This document shows, one piece after another, positions 58,201-64,000 of a DNA stretch of 64,000 bases. Numbering within the stretch: position 1 is the stretch's first letter; every line of letters starts with the position of its first letter. This DNA is from Magallana gigas (lineage: Eukaryota): NCBI RefSeq assembly GCF_963853765.1, contig NC_088857.1, positions 36,518,001-36,582,000 on the forward strand. Direction: 5' to 3'. The notes beneath the pieces are model-generated. The model was given only the letters and a program-made list of their open reading frames with translations, did no database searches and was not told the DNA's origin. Position numbers and translations under genes: made by a program.

Positions 58201-60315
58201 TGTCAGACTCAAAGTCTCACAGGAGAAGATTTGGCTGTTTCTTTTAGTTATCGTACTTACGTACATTAACAGTAATTTAGTAAATTTTACTTACTTTTCA
58301 TAATCAATTTATCAATTAGCTAAAAGAAAGATGTTAATATAAAGAATAAAATGCTTTCTTTGATGATTCATTCGGATTATGAAGATAGCGATCATTGCAG
58401 AAAAAATTTACATAACCCGCTAACGCAGGTTATGTATTTTTTCTGCAATATCGCTACATGTACCCTCATATCCCGAATGTATCACCAAAGAGAGCATATT
58501 ATTGTTTAAGTGTATTTTTATTAAAAATCATCAAAACGTGATGGAAGCAATAACTTGGGACAGACTATATGTTTTTTATTCTTTTACATCCCATCGAAAA
58601 TTTAAATCTACACTGTGCTACCAAGAGTTCGTGCCGAAATCATACGAACTCTGCAACAGTAGCATGCGTGGATATAAAAAAGGAATGTTCAAAACATGAG
58701 GAAGCGTCCTAAGTTTACGTAGCCCCCCCCCCCCTTCTTAAAAAAAATTAGTCATATGTAGAAAATTAAGGACCCATCCCTCCCTCTTTCTGGAAAAAAA
58801 CACAATTCATTTTTTAAAAGAATTTTTCTACTCGACACTCATTACTCATTTTACAATAATTAGGACATACCTGAATCATGTACTGTTCAAGCCTGTGCGC
58901 CTCTGTGGCATTAATCTTTGTAATGGCTGGAAAGACAGAATTCATACGATTATAACCGCAATGCAGATTTCTATGATACAACACAACCCATCACCTCCAT
59001 AAATAAAATCGTAAAGGAAATATTGGTTGCCAAGGTGAGAATAGCCCATTTCCTTCTAAATCTTAGAATTGTACAATTGCATGGAAATAAATTCGATTGG
59101 CCATGAAAAAAAAATTATCTCACACATAGCAACAAAATCGAGTTGATAATTGAATTCAATCACACGCCCTAATGTATAATATATGTACATTTACCCCTAT
59201 CGATCCCAAATAATAAAATATATATTCTTCAGAAAAATATTTTCTGTATGTATTCATAGGACACGACACTCTAGGAGTAAGAATTAAACAATCTTGAATC
59301 TACTTTACCTAAGGAAATAAGCGAAGGAATTTTGATAATACATTTTATTTTGGTTTTAGTTTAGAAGCTTTTTATCACATACCAACCTATTTCCATTATT
59401 TGACAATTAACCCACTTCACCCAATTCCTTCATTAAACAAGAGGCCCAGGGGCCACATCGCTCACTTGAGCAACAATTGCCTTAATTCTGATCAAATTAG
59501 CATTACAGTATCAAAATATCTTGACAACTAAGTACAGTAGATCTTGCTAAAAAAAAAAATGAAAATCTGCCAATTTTTATCCACCTCTTTCTTTTGGTAA
59601 ATACCAATCCCCTTTTGTTGTTGTACCTGTAAGATGATTTTTCTCTTTTCCTATATACCCCCCCCCCCCATTTTGTTGCCCCACTTTTCTCTAGGGTATC
59701 ATGGTTTCATCAAACTTATATCTACATAACTAACCTGTGCTTTCACACTAAGTACTGAGTTTTGGACCGAAAAACTTTCCCTGAATATTTTTAAAGATTT
59801 TCTCTATATATGTAAAAATTCAAACCGCCATCACGGCCCCGCCCTACCATTAGGGACTGTGATTTTGAATTTACACTACCCGAGGATGCCTCTACACAAG
59901 TTAAAGGTTTTCTGGCCAAATGGTCTTTAAAAAGAAGATTTTTTAAGATTTTCTCTATATATTCCTATGTAAAAATTGATCCCCCAATTGTGGCCCCACC
60001 CTACCCCAAGGTATCATGATTTGAACAAACTTGAATCTACACTACCTGAGGATGCTTCCATTCAAATTTGAGCTTTCCTGGCCTAATAGTTTTTGAGAAG
60101 AAGATTTTTAAAGATTTTTCTCTATATATTCCTATGTAAAACTTAATCCCCTTCTTGTGGCCCCTCCCTACCCCCAGGGACCAAACTTGAATCTACACTA
60201 CCTGAGGATGCCTCCACACAAGTTTTAGCTTTTCAGGCCAAATAGTTTTTGAGAAGAAGATTTTTGAAAAATAACAACAAATTTTCAATAATTCTCAATT
60301 ATCTCCCCTTTAAAC

Positions 60316-60358
<43 letters not shown>

Positions 60359-60407
60359 TAGTGGTGCTTTGTGCCAAATTTGGTTGAAATCTGCCCAGTG
60401 GTTCTTG

Positions 60408-60448
<41 letters not shown>

Positions 60449-60477
60449 GACGACAACGACAACGACAGACAACGGAC

Positions 60478-60509
<32 letters not shown>

Positions 60510-60900
60510 TGGCTCAGGTGAGCTAAAAAGCTGATCAAGATAGCTCACTTGAGTTTAGAGCTCAGGTTAATTTAAAAAAAAGGACAGCTTAATGCCCATA
60601 AAAGGTACGTAGCAGTATATTACCATCTACCAAAAGTAGGAACTTGTCGAAGCCAACGGTGTCAATGTAGTGGGTTACAGCATCTACTTCCGCGGCAGCA
60701 AGTAGTTCCACCAGCATGAGTTTGTGAGTGGTCGGGAGTTGGTGGAAGGTGTCTGAATGGTGCATGCCCTGTAGAACAATCAGCAGATGGTCCTGTCCGA
60801 TTGGCTGGGTGTGGTGAGGTGGCGTGGTCACTGCAACATTTTGGACCGAGGGTACTAGTACCGCGACCAAGAGGCAGCACAGGATATGTTGAAATTCCAT
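55253..60900 (-). CDS. Uncharacterised secreted protein with two ~75-aa His-containing helical repeats separated by GRKR
   Basis: Exons (minus) 60900-60624, 58926-58871, 57476-57423, 56533-(runs into the N gap at 56373), 55668-55619, 55291-55253 (TAA). Hydrophobic signal peptide MEFQHILCCLLVAVLVPSVQN. Intron phases 1,0,0 then 1,0 recur with the repeat. Confidence 0.8.
55955..56373. other. Assembly gap (419 N)
   Basis: Run of n characters; it hides the end of exon 4 of the two-repeat gene. Confidence 0.99.
57544..58569. mobile_element. Second copy of the 37667-38136 MITE, carrying a ~550-bp nested insertion
   Basis: Colinear with copy 1 up to ...TTTCACAGGTAT (~57958); homology resumes at GTGTATTTTTATTAAAAATCATC (~58509). 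Same TIRs. Confidence 0.8.
59435..60529 (+). mobile_element. Helentron/HINE (pearl/CvA-like) non-autonomous element carrying a Cg170-like satellite array
   Basis: T|AAACAAGAGGCCCAGGGGCCACATCGCTCACTTGAG start; central tandem monomers; (GAC/GACA)n microsatellite at ~60435-60475; 3' palindrome GCTCACTTGAGCCTTTGGCTCAGGTGAGC followed by an A-run. Confidence 0.88.
59640..60420 (+). repeat. ~166-bp satellite monomers (Cg170-like), about 4-5 diverged copies
   Basis: Anchor GATTTTCTCTATATA recurs at 59796, 59947 and 60113 (spacing 151, 166); AAACTTGAATCTACACTACCTGAGGATGC recurs. Confidence 0.85.
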
Positions 60901-63900
60901 TTTTTTTAAATCAACACTCTGTAAAAGAATGCTTAAAGCAAATCAATTAGTCTACATTTTTACTAGATTTGCAGGTGAAAATCGACGATTTTTTAAATGT
61001 TAAGGTAAAATAAAACACATTTACAACACATTACCTGACATTCATTGCACATATTTAATATTTTCAAGCTGCATAAATTCATAATAGAACGAAGGACATA
61101 CGTACCTATGGGAACAGAGGCCACAATATGTTTAGGAATGGAGTTACTTATTCACGACTTATGACATGGATATCGAGTCCTTATCTTATCTCAACATGAA
61201 CATTGTTTAATTCTTCAGTTTACATGTACTATTCCATCGTGTATCATTTAGCTTCAACGCTACGAAACTTTCTGACATAGGCTTAGTAATACGTCTACAT
61301 CCAGTGGGTTGTTTTTTTTTCGATTCATCCCGCGCTTTGTGTTTTCGGAAGTTTAAATTATGAATACACTGTACCAACAGTAATCATCAGTAATATATAA
61401 GTTATGTATGTATAAAATTTCAAGAAGAATAAATTTAAAATTGTGATTTAATTAATGTACTCGCTATCCTCTATGGGGGGAAATAGCATGGTTAAAACGT
61501 TGTTCAAAATTTATATTCTGCAGTTAATTATCATAGAAAATATTGACAAAACGAAAATTTTGTAAGCTTTTGGAAATTGTATTGAATTGAAACCGCATTT
61601 TCAATCCCCTTACAGTATTAGGGCTGTTATCAAATTAGAACTTTTCATATGATGACGAAATACTAGTACACACTGATCCCATTAGGTTCCCTACATGTAT
61701 GTGTTTCTACAGATGGCGTGTACAGGCGATGCATAAAATTAAAAAGTCAAAAGCGTGAATGATAAATAAATAAATGATTTCTTTCCTTTCTTAGACTGAA
61801 AAGAAATAACATGAACTACTTCATTAATTATACTACTTTTGTAAGTCTGTTTCTTTTTTTCTTTTTTTCCAGTCTTTTTTTTTCCAGTTTAACTTCTAGA
61901 CATAATCTTTTTTCTGTTGATAGCAAACAATCAGTTATAGAAATGTAACTTACCTATTTTACAAAGTGATACGGAGTACCCCAAAATGACTGTATTATTG
62001 GAATAATTTGATATTTTTAATAACCGATTTAGTGATGTCTTTCTTTTTATTATCAAGATCATACCAGGGGTGAAAAATTGGACCAAAATTCAGAACACCT
62101 TATCATGCAATTCAACTTTGTATGGGAAATTGGCATTTCTTTGGCGAATTTTTAGCAATGGTGTAACTTAACACAGAGAGATTTGGTGGGAGAAAAAACT
62201 GCCTTACGTCCAAATTTTATTTCACCAAATTATTCTGAATGAGACTTGAAGCTACAATGACGTCATATCGTGATTATGATGTAAAGAAGTTATATGTAAA
62301 GATGTGAGCTATTCAATGTGGTTTTCTGACTTTGTCTCCAAATCAAAAAACATCTGCATGAAGTTTAAGGGTGTTATTTTTTTGGATAATGGTCCCTTTA
62401 CTCTATGTCTTGCAATTATGCTAAAGAAATCATGGAACGAGTAAGACGGTGTGTAATAGGAGACCGCTAGGGTTAGCTAACAAGGGTCACTTAGTCTGTG
62501 TTGGGCTGGTTCTGTCTTGTATTTGAAATTCTCAGATAACCCACGGCTTTTAGTTTAGGAAAAAAAAATCATGCATGTCGTACCAAATATTAGGTTTGAC
62601 ATACAATGTGCGATTGTGCTGCAAAAAATCATAGTCTCTCTCCACCCTTTTATGTGCAAATTTAGATATAAGATATCATATTTTTTTTAATGCAAGGCAT
62701 GATATAAGATATCAAAAACCGGTTTAACTGTTCAAGTACAACAGATGACATTTAAAACACTCTATGGATTCATATTTAGGATTGGGAAGAATGAATTTGA
62801 ATAACAAAACACATAAATGTAGACACAATGAACACCTCAAGGCTTTGGTTGGAGAAAGATGTGATGATTAATTATAGCATTGAATGATATGTTTTTGATG
62901 CTGTCGGGTCAATAACTGCCGTCAGGTGATAATTTGTCTGCTCACCTGACCGCAGTTATTTACATTCCGACGTCAAAAATAAATCATTTAATGTTTATAT
63001 TTACATTCCCTTACTGATGAAATTAATTATTTACTTAAATAAATCGATACAAATTGCAGATCACGGAGGGAGTACATCAGTAACAGCAAGAACAGCTGTT
63101 TTATAAAAATCGGCTTAAACTGGTTATCACATAGCCTGTTTAGTTGAGATCGATGAACATGAAAATATAATCCATGAAAATAAACTCTTGAAACTTTGCT
63201 TTTCACAATAAGATCAACTTTTTTGTTGAATAATTGTAAAACATATGGTGCTTTGACAACATGTATGAAATGTATTTTTTTAACCGATAACACAGAAATC
63301 ACTGTTTGGGAACTACTTATGTAAATTACATGTAAATTCATACGCAGTGATTGGTTGTTGCATTGAGGGGTATTCAAAGATCACAAAATTTAATGGAAAA
63401 ACACAGTAGAATGTAAATATAAATTCATATCTTAAAGCACATGGGTGTTGTTACATAGACCTAAGCATTAGTCTCGGAAAAAATCCTTATCAGATCACTA
63501 GCAGTAATTATGTAAAAGTTGTTGTTAATTTGAGACGAGTTTCTTAATTTTCCGATTTAAAGATGGCGGCGTACTTGAATGCTACATCATGGATATTTGG
63601 GACCAGATTGTTCAAAGGGACACTTCGCATTGTTCTTACATACGACATTTTATAAGTACCAAAACACAATAAAGCTTAGGAAAACCCAAGAGGTGTTTTG
63701 TAATTGTTTGTTGTTGTATATTAAGGATGACGTTTACTCAGAATGAAAAAAAATTCCACTGATAATAATGAAAAACCAACTATTGTGTGTTATAGACCTT
63801 ACATGGTAGTGTTATTCTTCACTTTCAGAAAAGTAGGTCAATGACCTACTTTTTGAGTTAATGGCCATGGAGTATATTTTGAAAATTGAAGAAAAATCCA

Positions 63901-64000
63901 TAAAAATTTTACATTATGATTGAGATTTTCTTAATTATGAAAATAATACAAACTGCTTAACTCTTTCACAAATGAAGTACAGTTTATGAATGGTTGTGAC

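Noticed and set aside
63540-64000. ATGGCGGCG start of a possible new gene at the window end
   Set aside because: The frame gives no recognisable peptide or convincing donor, the flanks look repeat-like, and there is too little sequence to judge.

Overview
AT-rich, intron-rich animal genomic DNA, most likely a bivalve mollusc (Crassostrea/Magallana-type oyster; inferred from a ~166-bp Cg170-like satellite inside a Helentron/HINE-type element). I reconstructed nine spliced genes by hand from GT-AG junctions and frame continuity. They are: the 3' half of cyclase-associated protein (CAP, +); three tandem CRISP/Antigen5/PR-1 (SCP) secreted-protein paralogs (+); a PNPLA2/ATGL-like lipase (-); RUNDC1 (-); a small single-pass membrane protein with a C-C-CC-CC ectodomain (+); and two head-to-head SRSF7/SRSF3-family SR proteins. 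A tenth, unrecognised gene (-, partly in an N gap) encodes a secreted protein made of two His-rich helical repeats separated by GRKR. Many MITEs and HINE elements are also present. The best candidate system is the divergent SR-protein pair: both first-exon donors lie about 400 bp apart, and each gene has a stop-codon 'poison' cassette exon in the same intron after the zinc knuckle, one carrying five copies of a 20-nt motif. Also notable are a second, WH2-like exon in CAP and the two-repeat secreted protein. Nothing here was checked against databases or RNA data.
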